Below, piece by piece: positions 1-10,557 of a stretch of 64,000 nt of DNA; the first letter of the stretch is position 1; every line of letters begins with the position of its first letter. A program made the translations under genes and the position numbers. The notes beneath the pieces are model-generated. The model had not been told where the DNA came from. It saw only the letters and a program-made list of their open reading frames with translations, and ran no database searches. Origin of the DNA: Leptospiraceae bacterium (GTDB taxonomy: Bacteria; Spirochaetota; Leptospiria; Leptospirales; Leptonemataceae). The stretch is from assembly GCA_040217195.1 (NCBI GenBank), contig JAVJNR010000003.1:448001-512000 (forward strand), written 5' to 3'.

Positions 1-853
1 CAGCCTCAAAAATTGTTACCTGAAATGCAGCGGGCAATGTACCCAGTATGGGTCCCTCCAGAACCAAACCGTTATGCAGCAGGCCTCCATTCACTGCCAG
101 AGCCAGAATGGCCACCAGCGCCGGGCTGAGCAGCAGACGAAAAATCAGTCCCCAGGTCAGGTGTTTTAGTCTACCGGAGATAAATGTAAAGCGAATCTGG
201 AATCCCACTGCAACCATGGCCACAGGAGTTAGAGTGGAGCCAATCGAAGTTAGCACCTCTCGCATAATATGGTTGTAATCCAACCAGCGAAGAACAAGAG
301 CCACAATTAGAGCAATAAAAGGCGGAAAGGTAATGATCCTGGTTAGAACAGACTGTAATCGGTTTTTCTGGGCCGTCTGGCCAGAATCGCTGGAGAAGCC
401 AGAATCACCAGAACGACTGGATTCGAAAATTAGATAGAGGATACCGGAGGTGGAAAGACAGAGAAAACTTCCAGCCTGGTCAATGAGTATGCCTGTGCCC
501 ACATGCGCCTGACCAAAGAATGCCTGAATCATTGGAATGCCAACAAAAGATGTATTTCCCAGACCAGCGGTAAGTGTAAGACAAACGATGGTTCGTTTAT
601 CCCAGGCCAGCCAGGTTCCCAATAGGCGAAAAACAATAAAGGAAACTGCGAATACTCCATGGGGCATCAAGGCAGCAAATAGCAACGATGAATCAAAACT
701 CAGATCATGCACATGAAGCAATACCAGAGCTGGTAGAGCCACATAGATGATATAAGTGCCCAGCACTTTTGCCCCTTCTTCAGGCATCAAATCGGCTCGC
801 CGCAAGAACATGCCTGCGAGAAAGCAAATACCGATTATCCATAGAGCTGACAT
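1..853 (-). CDS. AEC (auxin efflux carrier/permease) family membrane transporter, 3' end beyond window
   Basis: Not in the ORF track because there is no stop in the window. Manual translation from ATG at 853 gives MSALWIIGICFLAGMFLRRADLMPEEGAKVLGTYIIYVALPAL..., later GLGNTSFVGIPMIQAFFG, typical AEC motifs. Confidence 0.8.
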   Translation of the reverse strand, partial: MSALWIIGICFLAGMFLRRADLMPEEGAKVLGTYIIYVALPALVLLHVHDLSFDSSLLFAALMPHGVFAVSFIVFRLLGTWLAWDKRTIVCLTLTAGLGNTSFVGIPMIQAFFGQAHVGTGILIDQAGSFLCLSTSGILYLIFESSRSGDSGFSSDSGQTAQKNRLQSVLTRIITFPPFIALIVALVLRWLDYNHIMREVLTSIGSTLTPVAMVAVGFQIRFTFISGRLKHLTWGLIFRLLLSPALVAILALAVNGGLLHNGLVLEGPILGTLPAAFQVTIFEA

Positions 854-883
854 GATTCTAGTTTAATGCAGGATTCGCAGAAC

Positions 884-1960
884 TCAACCGTCCGGGTAAA
901 GATCTGCCTGTATACTTCCTTGCACTGAAATATCTCCTTTGATTCGTCTCCAGAGAAGATCGATGGTTGCAGCCCTTCCTTCCACCACCGGGCGGAATTG
1001 TTTGAATCCAGAATAGTGCCCCGGCCGGCCTTCCTCTTCAAAAAGCTGGAATCTAAATATATAATTTCCTCGGTCAGTCAAATAGCCGTCGCTACGACCA
1101 AAGCGAAGATCATGAAAAAATAATCGGCCTTCTGCATCTCGTTCCACTCGATAGAAACCTCTGGAAAACCAGAGCAATCTGTCCAGGTACCTATCTTTAC
1201 TCTCAATTCCATCTAAGATCAATGAACGGCGCCTTGGAATCTGCAACCATTGTATATTGTGCTCCGGGTCCATAAGTCCATACATCGCAACATAAACATA
1301 CTCATCATTGCGTGCCATACCCATCCAGAGTACGGAATTGAGAGCCGTAGGATTTGATAGGAATGCGTCGTAATGAATACCCTGATTCTCAAGAGAAGAC
1401 CTAAATCGCAAATCCACCTGGTACTTGGCGATTTGCCCCCAGGCCAGATACAGGGTTGAAAAAATCAATCCTGCCATTACGAATCTGCGGGACCAGACAG
1501 ATTGACGAGACAGAAACAGGGCTACCACCAGGCCAATGAGTAAAGGAACAGTGTAGAGAGGGTCTATGATAAATATCGAATTCCAGGCAAAAGGATGATT
1601 ACTGATTGGATTGAAAAGCTGAGTACCATATACCGTAAATGCATCCAGGAGAGCATGAGTAAACAGAGCCAGAAATGTAAACAGGAACCAGCGCCTGAAG
1701 GATATCTTATACTTTGCATGCAGCCTGACCAGGGCGTAGGCAATGATGGCTCCGCCTCCCAGGGCAAAGAAAACGGAATGGGAAAATCCACGATGCAATG
1801 CCAGTTGGGCGTAATCGCTGAGGAAAGGACTGCTTAAAACATCCAGGTCGGGCAATGTACCCAGAGCAGCCCCATAGGCCGCTGCCTTGCGTCCCACAGA
1901 GCGACCAAGAGTAGCTTCTCCGATGGCCGCTCCAAGGGTTAGCTGCGTAATGGAATCCAT
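884..1960 (-). CDS. Membrane-bound metal-dependent hydrolase (YbcI/YdjM family)
   Basis: MDSITQ start, LPDLD, HRGFSHS, HALLDAFTVYGT, FIIDPLYT and DLRFG motifs. Confidence 0.85.
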   Translation of the reverse strand: MDSITQLTLGAAIGEATLGRSVGRKAAAYGAALGTLPDLDVLSSPFLSDYAQLALHRGFSHSVFFALGGGAIIAYALVRLHAKYKISFRRWFLFTFLALFTHALLDAFTVYGTQLFNPISNHPFAWNSIFIIDPLYTVPLLIGLVVALFLSRQSVWSRRFVMAGLIFSTLYLAWGQIAKYQVDLRFRSSLENQGIHYDAFLSNPTALNSVLWMGMARNDEYVYVAMYGLMDPEHNIQWLQIPRRRSLILDGIESKDRYLDRLLWFSRGFYRVERDAEGRLFFHDLRFGRSDGYLTDRGNYIFRFQLFEEEGRPGHYSGFKQFRPVVEGRAATIDLLWRRIKGDISVQGSIQADLYPDG

Positions 1961-2054
1961 GATCCAGGGTCCCTTCCGGCGTTTAGCAGACAACCCATTT
2001 GCCCTTGAATCTTAACTGAATACTGCCCTGGACAAAAATACTGCAGACTTACCG

Positions 2055-3314
2055 GTGGAATTAGAATGGACGGCAACAGCTCATTTACAATGTCTTTTTA
2101 GAGTGGAAGATCCAATCACCATTCTTTATCCTTCGTCCGGTCTGGCCCTGGCTTTTTTTCTTTGTACCATAATTTGTGCACTTACCGTTATATCTATCTG
2201 GGTACTGTGGATTTTCAGGCGAGACAATTACCTGCTGCTGTCTATGCTAGTTACCGTTTCTATGGGGCCGCTAATTGTTGCATCGTTGATAGATGGAAGA
2301 AAGGCCAGCGAAGAGAACTCCAGTGACTCAAGACTTCAAATAGAAAAAGGCAGGATACAGTTTTTCACAGATGGAATATCCACCGGCTACACTTCCACCG
2401 AAGTCAGTCATTTTCAACTTGAGACGGAGCAAACAGACAACGGCTTCAATTCCACAATCTCATTACATCTTTCCAATGGACCATCGTTCAGGTTACAGGA
2501 GGTATTCGCAGAGAGCCCTTTTTCGAATATCTGGGCTCCCCTGCAGGACTACAGGCGAAAGCTCAACCTACCTGTTTTGGACACTGGACTTGTACTGGAT
2601 ACAGAGAAGAATGCATTACTCCGATCTGCGAATAATCCTTATTCCCGGGCCAGAAATGAAAACAGAACCACCAGGAATATTTTTCAAGATTCTGATTATC
2701 CATCGGCATCTCGTTTGACTGCGAACAATCAGGGAATGCGAATTCAGTATTCCCTGCAGGAAAGAACTTTGAGCAGATTCGCTTTAATATGGTTTCTTAT
2801 ATGCTTGCTTCTGACATTCCTATTTTTTTCGGTCAGCGAATTTAAAAGTCACGGAATGGATGCAATTCGAAAACCGTCTCCGTGGCTGGCCTTGATTCTC
2901 ATCCCATTGATCTGGTGGTTGATTCCGAGCTCACCTTCCGGGGCCGTTGAACTGGCCATCAATCGAAAGGGCCTTACAATGGAGCATAAGACGGATAGCT
3001 TAATGATTTCATTTCATGAAGTGGAATACGTTCGATGCGAAGTACCAGGAACTGGCATTATTCTCTATAGAGATAACCCAGAAAGAATACTCTGGTCAGA
3101 AATCCAGAAGCTTTTCCCTGAAGGGCCTGTTGCCCGATCGGAAGGTCCGGCACTGGTAGCCCTCCTGGAATCCGGTTATCGCTCTTCCAGAGAAGCGCTG
3201 TCCCTGTACCAAAGTTCTTTTCCCATTGATACAGGAACATTGAGTCCCGTTGAGCGACTAAAACTATGCGACCTCATGGGCCATCTGGCTCATGAGGTCA
3301 GACCGGTCTGGTAA
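2055..3314 (+). CDS. Hypothetical membrane protein (two 2-TM plus soluble-domain modules)
   Basis: 419-aa ORF with TM pairs near aa 28-80 and 240-292, each followed by a beta-rich region. Confidence 0.6.
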   Translation: MELEWTATAHLQCLFRVEDPITILYPSSGLALAFFLCTIICALTVISIWVLWIFRRDNYLLLSMLVTVSMGPLIVASLIDGRKASEENSSDSRLQIEKGRIQFFTDGISTGYTSTEVSHFQLETEQTDNGFNSTISLHLSNGPSFRLQEVFAESPFSNIWAPLQDYRRKLNLPVLDTGLVLDTEKNALLRSANNPYSRARNENRTTRNIFQDSDYPSASRLTANNQGMRIQYSLQERTLSRFALIWFLICLLLTFLFFSVSEFKSHGMDAIRKPSPWLALILIPLIWWLIPSSPSGAVELAINRKGLTMEHKTDSLMISFHEVEYVRCEVPGTGIILYRDNPERILWSEIQKLFPEGPVARSEGPALVALLESGYRSSREALSLYQSSFPIDTGTLSPVERLKLCDLMGHLAHEVRPVW

Positions 3315-3319
3315 CGCTC

Positions 3320-3595
3320 TTAGTTCCTGCGAATAAACATACTTACAATGGATGTAATCAGGGTGCCCACCATGCCAAAGATCATGGCAAACATGGTCTG
3401 CTTTTTAATATCCTTCATCATATCATCCTGCATTGACTGAGGATTACCCTGGGCCTGCTGAGCGTAAGGCTGCTGCGCATTAGGTTGCTGTCCCTGCTGC
3501 CCTGCCATAAACGTTTGCTTTTGTTCTGGAGTTAATTTATTCCACGTTTCTGCATCGAAACCGGCTGGAATTTGCTCCGGGGAATTTTGATTCAT
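3320..3595 (-). CDS. Small Gln-rich protein with a C-terminal membrane anchor
   Basis: Strong SD GGAGGAG before ATG; Q-rich middle; single hydrophobic helix followed by RRN. Confidence 0.7.
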   Translation of the reverse strand: MNQNSPEQIPAGFDAETWNKLTPEQKQTFMAGQQGQQPNAQQPYAQQAQGNPQSMQDDMMKDIKKQTMFAMIFGMVGTLITSIVSMFIRRN

Positions 3596-3787
3596 TGCTC
3601 TCCTCCGCTACTTAATCGGACAATTATCCCCTAATTGTGCACGGCCCTGATTATGGAGAGAACCTGAGCCCTGGCAAGGGTTTTTATGGCCCGTTTCTTG
3701 AACAACGAAGCTTTTCCTTTCGCTTCCCTTCTCCGCAAGAAGGGGAAAATCTGATTGCTTAGGAACCGGGCCACTGCACTTCCCTGT

Positions 3788-4372
3788 ATGCAAAAGATTT
3801 CCGGGATTTCAGGCAATCCAGCGAACAAGTCTTACCTACTATGCATTTCCCTGGCCGTTTTTTACATTCTAGCCTGTGAAAGAGCTCCGGACCTGGAGAA
3901 AACCCATTCCTTCAGTAAACTGGGAATTGAGTTCAAGTATCCAGGAAACTGGTCCATTATGGAAGATGAAATCACCGGTGCAGGCCGGTACATACTAATT
4001 CGCACAACAGGCGATGGTATTACCATGATTCAGTATTTTCGAAGACCGCAGTTTGATACATTGCAGGATTTTGCGGGCTTCATGACAGAACTCTACTCCC
4101 AGGAATTTCAGGAAGGAGCCGTACAGGACATTGATTACCAGAAAATCGATGGTACGCTGGGCCCGGACAATGTTTCCGGCCTGCGTGAAACCCATAGCTT
4201 GAACGCCGCTGGCCAGACACTGGTAGTTGTTCGAGAATTCTTTCGCATGTCTGCGGGCAGCCGATGGATCTATATAACTCACCATATTCCCAGAGAGGAT
4301 TACCAGCAGGTAAGACCTGGATTCGATCTGATAAGATCGAGTATGAAGGTAGATGAAAATAACCTTTTCTAG
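3788..4372 (+). CDS. Putative lipoprotein, PsbP/DcrB-like fold
   Basis: Lipobox-like ILAC; GIEFKYPGNWSI N-terminal motif; start codon uncertain. Confidence 0.55.
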   Translation: MQKISGISGNPANKSYLLCISLAVFYILACERAPDLEKTHSFSKLGIEFKYPGNWSIMEDEITGAGRYILIRTTGDGITMIQYFRRPQFDTLQDFAGFMTELYSQEFQEGAVQDIDYQKIDGTLGPDNVSGLRETHSLNAAGQTLVVVREFFRMSAGSRWIYITHHIPREDYQQVRPGFDLIRSSMKVDENNLF

Positions 4373-4586
4373 CCAGATTTGCCCGCTTTGAAAGGCTAGC
4401 TGGATTGTGAGAATAGAATTGTAACTGATTTCAGAGGCCGGGTTGCGGTGAGATAATTCAGTGCCGGGTTCTTGCTAAATCAGGGCGCGATTCTTCAAGT
4501 CTCATGCCCATTGCGACTTCCCTGAGACCGAAAAAAGCAACCAATATCTGCTTGGCCCCATGCAGGGTCCATTCCATGCTGTAACC

Positions 4587-5048
4587 ATGAAATACTGTTT
4601 ACCACTATTGGCTTTCACCCTTCTTTTGAGCTGCAAGGGAGCTGCAAATCCAGAACTTCTAAAGGGTACAGAATGGCTTTGCGTGGACACAGTGGATCCG
4701 GCGGATGAAGGTAAACTGAAATATCCGGATAAATCCAACCCTCCCGAGGATGCTTTCCGAGAAGTTTACAGCGAAGATGGCCATTATCTAGTTTTTGATA
4801 TGGCCAGTGGAGAATCCCTCCTGGGCGAAGGAGTTGCTAAAGCTCGGTACATTCTGGAGAAATCCGAAAAAGGGGACCTGGTTTTAAGCGTGGATCTATT
4901 CGTTGAAGACGGAAAGTGGACGTCGCAAGAGGAACGAATTCCTTACATTATCAAAGAGCTAACGGAATCCAATTTCCATTCCGTGGCCGATGAGTTGGAT
5001 TACGGAGAAAGGTATTTTAACGAATCCAAGTGCGTTCGGCTGAATTGA
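4587..5048 (+). CDS. Hypothetical lipoprotein (possibly lipocalin-like)
   Basis: MKYCLPLLAFTLLLSC lipobox; LKGTEW motif. Confidence 0.6.
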   Translation: MKYCLPLLAFTLLLSCKGAANPELLKGTEWLCVDTVDPADEGKLKYPDKSNPPEDAFREVYSEDGHYLVFDMASGESLLGEGVAKARYILEKSEKGDLVLSVDLFVEDGKWTSQEERIPYIIKELTESNFHSVADELDYGERYFNESKCVRLN

Positions 5049-5118
5049 TTGAATGAAAGAAACAATGAAGTGAATTCGGATTAGCAAAAAACCGACCAAC
5101 AGGAGAATTTAAGACAAT

Positions 5119-6360
5119 ATGATACAGAGCGTAACCCCATTCGATATTCAGAAGATCAATGGATTGAAATTACTCCATATTGAAAACACCAGCTTTCTTA
5201 CAAACATTCAGATTCTGACAAGAGTGGGATCCTGCGCAGAGCATCCATCGCAGTGGGGTCTGGCACATATTCTTGAACATATGTTTTTTAAAGGTTCCAG
5301 CAAACGCCCGGGCGGAACCTCTATTTCCAGGGCCGCCAACGATATAGGCGGCAAGATGAATGCGTATACCACCTATGATCATACGGCCTATTATATTACC
5401 GTTCTAAATGATCGATTTGAAGAGGGATTCGATATACTGGCAGACATGTATCGGAATCCACTTTTTCCGGCGGACGAATTCAAAAAAGAGCTCAATCCCA
5501 TTCTAAGCGAATACAGGGAAAGGGAAGATGATCCAGATAGCTTTCTTGTGGAAAGAGCCCTTCAAATGTATCTGGGGGAGGCCTACCATCCGATCATTGG
5601 CACCGAGGAAACCATTCGCGGCGCTACAGTAGAGAAGATGCATGACTTCAAAAACAGATTCTACGGCGGCAACAATACACTTATTTCTGTGGCCGGTGGT
5701 GTAAGTCAGGATCGCATTGAATCTGCTTTGAAATCTGCTTTTCCTTTTAGCGATGAAACCGAAGATCCAGAGATCAAGGAATCAACCTATACAGCAGGGG
5801 AACTGACCCTGACCAAACCTGGAATTTCAGAAGCTTACTTCACCCTCTTCTATCCTGCACTTCCGCCCAATCATCCAGAACGATTCAAGCAGGACTTTAT
5901 GAATTATGTTCTCGGTGGCAACGACTCCGGTCTTCTTTTCGAGCGAATTCGCGAGGAACTTGGAATGTCTTGCTACGGTATTTATTCATTTGCCATGCGA
6001 AATGATCCCCATTCTGTTCTGGGCATTTCCTGTGGAATAGCACCGGATGAACTGGATCAGCTAGAAAGCGAAGTAAACACTATTGTTGATCGCATCTGTA
6101 CAGAATTGGTGGAAGAGGATCGAGTCAATCGGGCTCGTGCAAGTATTCGAACTTCCATTGCTGCTCGATCAGAAACCAGCACCGGGTTGAACACAATGAT
6201 GTCCGTTCCTATATTAAGAGGGGAAACGGAAGACCCAGTTCAAAAAGCGCTGAGTGAGATGGAACAGGTCACTCTGGAAGACATTAGAGAAATGGCAGCC
6301 AGAACATTTTCTGGTCCCAGGTTCAAAGCAATTCTCTTGCCGGAGAATAAAGACAAGTAA
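5119..6360 (+). CDS. M16 family (pitrilysin-like) zinc peptidase
   Basis: GLAHILEHMFFKG (HxxEH), NAYT, LFERIREELG; SD AGGAG. Confidence 0.93.
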   Translation: MIQSVTPFDIQKINGLKLLHIENTSFLTNIQILTRVGSCAEHPSQWGLAHILEHMFFKGSSKRPGGTSISRAANDIGGKMNAYTTYDHTAYYITVLNDRFEEGFDILADMYRNPLFPADEFKKELNPILSEYREREDDPDSFLVERALQMYLGEAYHPIIGTEETIRGATVEKMHDFKNRFYGGNNTLISVAGGVSQDRIESALKSAFPFSDETEDPEIKESTYTAGELTLTKPGISEAYFTLFYPALPPNHPERFKQDFMNYVLGGNDSGLLFERIREELGMSCYGIYSFAMRNDPHSVLGISCGIAPDELDQLESEVNTIVDRICTELVEEDRVNRARASIRTSIAARSETSTGLNTMMSVPILRGETEDPVQKALSEMEQVTLEDIREMAARTFSGPRFKAILLPENKDK

Positions 6361-6373
6361 ACCGGAGATATAT

Positions 6374-7498
6374 ATGGGCAAATACCTGGACCAAAACCAA
6401 GCTGTGGAACTGCTACAGAACGGCCAATGCGTGGCATTACCCACAGAAACTGTGTACGGCCTGGCCTGTAACGCTCTGGATGAATCGGCGCTCAAGCAAC
6501 TCTATTTAATTAAAGGCCGCCCGGCTCGCAACCCGGTCATCTGCCATGTTTCTTCGCCAGAAATGGCCTTCCGCTATGGAAAGGAAACGGCTCTTGCACG
6601 AAGGCTCATGACTCAATACTGGCCCGGCCCGCTTACCATACTTCTGGAGCATGAAGGCAGAGTGCCTTCCGCGATTACGGCGGGCTCCCCCCTCTGCGGG
6701 TTTCGCATGCCAGACCATGAAACTACGTTGCAAATAATTGAGCAATGCAACATCCCGCTGGCCATTCCATCGGCCAATAAATCAGGGAAGACCAGTCCAA
6801 CCACGGCCAATATGGTTCTGGCCCAACTGGAAGGAGAAATTCCTGGCGTGGTCGACGGAGGTCAATGCAGGATTGGCCTGGAATCCACTGTTCTAAAGTT
6901 AGAGGGCGAAGAGCTAGTCATTCTTCGACCGGGGACCATAGACGAAGATCGATTGGAGGCTGATGGTTTCACGGTAAGAAGGCCCGGTACGCGAAGTACA
7001 GCCCGAACCGGACAGAGAACAACTGCAATGGAAAAGAATGGATCCGATTCACCGGACGCTACTGCCAGAAGAGCTACAGCCGTAGCCAGCCCTGAGAAGG
7101 AATCCCTGGAGTCTCCTGGATTACTTCCGGTTCATTATCAGCCAGAGGTTGATATGTATCTAATTGAGGAAGTAGTGGAGAATCAACTGAATCCCGGGTT
7201 TCCCCATGCCTCCTATGAAACGGTGGCTGTATTGAATTTGAATCCGCAACCGATTCGTCTGGCCGATATTCTTCCACGCAGGCTTTGCGAGAATGCAATA
7301 CTCAGACACCGGGCCGATTCGCAGCAAGCATCCAGGGAACTCTACAGAGATCTCTATGAGCTGAGCCGCAATTCAGACGTTCTGGTAGTTCATGCAGGCA
7401 CTTCCTGCAGCAAAGCTATGATGGACCGGTTGCAGCGAGCGGCCACCGGTATCTATCGCAACGGAAAATGGCAATTTCGCAGAAGCCAGCCTGAATAG
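6374..7498 (+). CDS. sua5: Threonylcarbamoyl-AMP synthase, Sua5 type
   Basis: PTETVYGL, KGRP..NP, PSANKSG, GLEST, SPG..HY; SD GGAG before ATG 6374. Confidence 0.92.
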   Translation: MGKYLDQNQAVELLQNGQCVALPTETVYGLACNALDESALKQLYLIKGRPARNPVICHVSSPEMAFRYGKETALARRLMTQYWPGPLTILLEHEGRVPSAITAGSPLCGFRMPDHETTLQIIEQCNIPLAIPSANKSGKTSPTTANMVLAQLEGEIPGVVDGGQCRIGLESTVLKLEGEELVILRPGTIDEDRLEADGFTVRRPGTRSTARTGQRTTAMEKNGSDSPDATARRATAVASPEKESLESPGLLPVHYQPEVDMYLIEEVVENQLNPGFPHASYETVAVLNLNPQPIRLADILPRRLCENAILRHRADSQQASRELYRDLYELSRNSDVLVVHAGTSCSKAMMDRLQRAATGIYRNGKWQFRRSQPE

Positions 7499-7680
7499 AT
7501 CCGTCTGGCGTAAACCCCGGCCCGGACCAGTGCATGCATTGATGCTGGATTGTTTACCGTGCTGCTTCAGTAGGCCGGGCCCTTACAGCGCAGAAACGAA
7601 GCTCGAGTCCGGAGTTCAAGGGCCAACCTGCTGATCTCAAATTGGATTGACAATACGACATAATCCCTCTCTGCTCTACC

Positions 7681-8658
7681 ATGCCTTTTAAGCCCGACTT
7701 CGCCTTTCTAGACGAAGCCTCAGACTTCTTTCATCGATTGCAGGAAGAGATCACCTCGGGCCTGGAAGAAGTTGAGTTGGAGTTTGCGAAAGATAAAGAG
7801 TCGCAAGCAGCCACCTTTCATCAAGACCTCTGGGACCACAGCCATTCCAGCGGAATCATCACAGGTGGTGGCGGTCGAACCCGGGTCATCCAGAACGGAG
7901 CATTGCTGGAAAAAGGAGGAGTAAATGTTTCCGATGTACTGGGCACCTTTCCGGAAGACTTTGCAGCTAGCATGCCTGGAAGCTCGCCTCATTTTCGCGC
8001 CAGTGGAATCTCTCTGGTTATCCATCCAGAACATCCGCTTGTTCCCACGGTTCATGCTAATTTCCGCTTTATAGCTCGACTCAGCGCTCCAGAAAGAAAT
8101 GCAGATGTGGAAAGTTTATGGTTCGGTGGCGGCGCAGATCTCACTCCCTACTATTTATTTGAAGAAGATGCTATTCATTTCCACTCTACGTATCATGGAG
8201 TATGCCAGAAGCATAAGAATGTAGTCAGTTATCAGGAGTTAAAAGAACATTGCGACCGATATTTCTATCTAAAACATAGAGGGGAAAGTCGGGGCATCGG
8301 TGGCATCTTTTACGACTACATGCAGGAAAAGCCCGAGCAAATGCTTGCCTTTACCAGAGATGCAGGAAGTGCCTTTTTACAGAGTTATCTGCCAATAGTA
8401 CATCGTCGAATGAATGAGACTTACAGTCCACAGCAGAAGGAGTTCCAGCTCTGGCGTCGTGGGCGATACGTGGAGTTTAACCTAATTTATGATAGAGGCA
8501 CTTTGTTTGGACTGAAGACAGGAGGACGAATTGAATCCATTTTGATGAGTCTTCCCATGCATGTGATGTGGAAGTACGATTATAATCCTCCGGAAAACAG
8601 TCCAGAATCAAAGTTACTGAAAGTACTTAAAGAGCCGATAGACTGGATAGAGAACTGA
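7681..8658 (+). CDS. hemF: Oxygen-dependent coproporphyrinogen III oxidase
   Basis: EKGGVN, PTVHANFR, WFGGGADLTP, RRGRYVEFNLIYDRGT. Confidence 0.96.
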   Translation: MPFKPDFAFLDEASDFFHRLQEEITSGLEEVELEFAKDKESQAATFHQDLWDHSHSSGIITGGGGRTRVIQNGALLEKGGVNVSDVLGTFPEDFAASMPGSSPHFRASGISLVIHPEHPLVPTVHANFRFIARLSAPERNADVESLWFGGGADLTPYYLFEEDAIHFHSTYHGVCQKHKNVVSYQELKEHCDRYFYLKHRGESRGIGGIFYDYMQEKPEQMLAFTRDAGSAFLQSYLPIVHRRMNETYSPQQKEFQLWRRGRYVEFNLIYDRGTLFGLKTGGRIESILMSLPMHVMWKYDYNPPENSPESKLLKVLKEPIDWIEN

Positions 8659-9353
8659 TGAGTGCCACTGGCAGAAATACTGAGAACGGAAGAACAATCT
8701 TCATAGGAGATGTTCATGGCTGTGCCCAGGAACTAAAGCTACTTGTACAGAAGCTGGAGCTGCAACCGGAGGATCGTGTTGTGATGCTTGGCGATCTAAT
8801 CAATCGCGGCCCGGACCCGGCCGGCGTTGTGGATTTCGTTTTTGAACAGGGCTTCGAGTGTTTAAAGGGAAATCATGAAGATGAGTATTTGCGCCATTAT
8901 CATGGTCTGGAGCCCTATGCAAGTCTGCGTAGAAAAATAGGCGATGAAAAACATTCCTGGATTGAGAGTTTACCTCTCTGGATAGAATCCGATGATTTTA
9001 TGGCTGTTCATGCAGGTCTGGAACCATATAAACATCCTTCGCAAACCAGTCCAAGGGTGCTACTTACAATTCGCACCTGGGATGGCTCTGGCATCGATTT
9101 AAAGAATCCGGACAACCCGGCCTGGTATGAATTCTACCACGAGTCGAAGCCTGTCTTCTATGGACACTGGGCCCGACGTGGACTAAACATTCGTGATAAC
9201 ACAGTTGGATTGGACTCCGGTTGTGTATATGGCCGAGCACTTTCAGCCTATATTCTAGAAACCAGGGAATTGGTTCAGTTACCTGCCCTGAAGACTCATT
9301 ACATTCCGCCATCCTTACGTCATAAACAGGGCAGCGCTTTCACCGGAAGCTAA
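8658..9353 (+). CDS. Metallophosphoesterase (ApaH/PrpE-like)
   Basis: GDVHG, GDLINRG, GNHE, VHAG, GH and LDSGC motifs; TGATG overlap with hemF. Confidence 0.9.
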   Translation: MSATGRNTENGRTIFIGDVHGCAQELKLLVQKLELQPEDRVVMLGDLINRGPDPAGVVDFVFEQGFECLKGNHEDEYLRHYHGLEPYASLRRKIGDEKHSWIESLPLWIESDDFMAVHAGLEPYKHPSQTSPRVLLTIRTWDGSGIDLKNPDNPAWYEFYHESKPVFYGHWARRGLNIRDNTVGLDSGCVYGRALSAYILETRELVQLPALKTHYIPPSLRHKQGSAFTGS

Positions 9354-9372
9354 CTCGCAGCCAGACCCGTGG

Positions 9373-10557
9373 CTACAGATAGAAGCGAAGCAGAAAAGCA
9401 ATCTTTTCGAGAATCTTTTCCAGAATGCTTCGTTTCTTCCAGCGATTGCGATGAATCCTTCGACTGCTACTTTCATCTATGTGCCATTGTTCCACCGCCC
9501 TGGCCACAGTAGATTTTCTACAAACCCATGCATCCACTTCCAGGTTATGCAGAAAACTCCGGTAATCCATATTCGTAGACCCTACCATGAACCGATCATC
9601 CACAATGGTCATCTTCGCATGAAACATTCGATTATCAAATTCAAAGACTCTGATCCCGTGTTTTAGTAGGCTTCCGTAGGTGGAACGGCCGGCCTGGCGG
9701 GCCAGCCAGACATCGCTTTTTCCAGCTGTAATGACTCTTACGTCCACTCCCTGAGCAGCCTTCCTTCGTAATAGCCACAGAATGCTCCGAGCAGGAATAA
9801 AATACGCGGAGCCGATGTAGATTCGATTTCTTGCTTTCTTGATTAGTTGAACCAGTACGTGCCTTTGCCGTCGGCGAAGAACTCGACTATGGTTGCTTAA
9901 ATAGAAAATGTCAGGACACCCCGGATCAAAGGGGCTGAGGGAGCCCAGATACCTTCTGGATATTTTAGACCGGGGCATCAAACCGAAGCTCTTTTTTCCT
10001 GCGTAGGTCCAGAGCTCATCGAAACTCTGCTGCAATAACCAGAAGTCCCCACCCTCCACACGCATCATGTTGTCTCTCCATCGGCGGTTGCCTCGCACCT
10101 CCAGGGACAGCTCATCGCCTATGTTCATACCGCCTGTATAGGCGATCCGATCATCCACCAGAACCAGCTTTCTATGATCCCGACGATGGAAACCGGATTT
10201 GAAGGCGCTAAAAAGTCCCACCGGTTTAAATACACGAAATGCAGCAGTACTATTCCGAAAATATCTACGAAGATTCCAGAGAGGAAAGGAACCCACTCCA
10301 TCCACCAGTACTCTAATTCGAACTCCTCTCCGGGCCGCAGCCAGCAGAGATTGAATTACCCGTTCGCCTGTATGGTCGGAATGGAAGATATAGGATTCAA
10401 GGCAGATAGATACATTGGCCGAATCCAAATCAGCAATAACAGAATTAAAGAAGTCGTCCCCTTCCCAGAACAGATCCACCTGGCTGGATGATTCTGCGGG
10501 AATGTGTATTCTCTTTTTACGGCGAAGCATTCTCCCTGCTTTCTCTGAGATGGGCAC
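9373..10557 (-). CDS. Cardiolipin synthase ClsB-like phospholipase D
   Basis: Two HKD motifs (HRKLVLVD, HAKMTIVD); GGMN and GSTN; no N-terminal TM. Confidence 0.9.
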   Translation of the reverse strand: MPISEKAGRMLRRKKRIHIPAESSSQVDLFWEGDDFFNSVIADLDSANVSICLESYIFHSDHTGERVIQSLLAAARRGVRIRVLVDGVGSFPLWNLRRYFRNSTAAFRVFKPVGLFSAFKSGFHRRDHRKLVLVDDRIAYTGGMNIGDELSLEVRGNRRWRDNMMRVEGGDFWLLQQSFDELWTYAGKKSFGLMPRSKISRRYLGSLSPFDPGCPDIFYLSNHSRVLRRRQRHVLVQLIKKARNRIYIGSAYFIPARSILWLLRRKAAQGVDVRVITAGKSDVWLARQAGRSTYGSLLKHGIRVFEFDNRMFHAKMTIVDDRFMVGSTNMDYRSFLHNLEVDAWVCRKSTVARAVEQWHIDESSSRRIHRNRWKKRSILEKILEKIAFLLRFYL

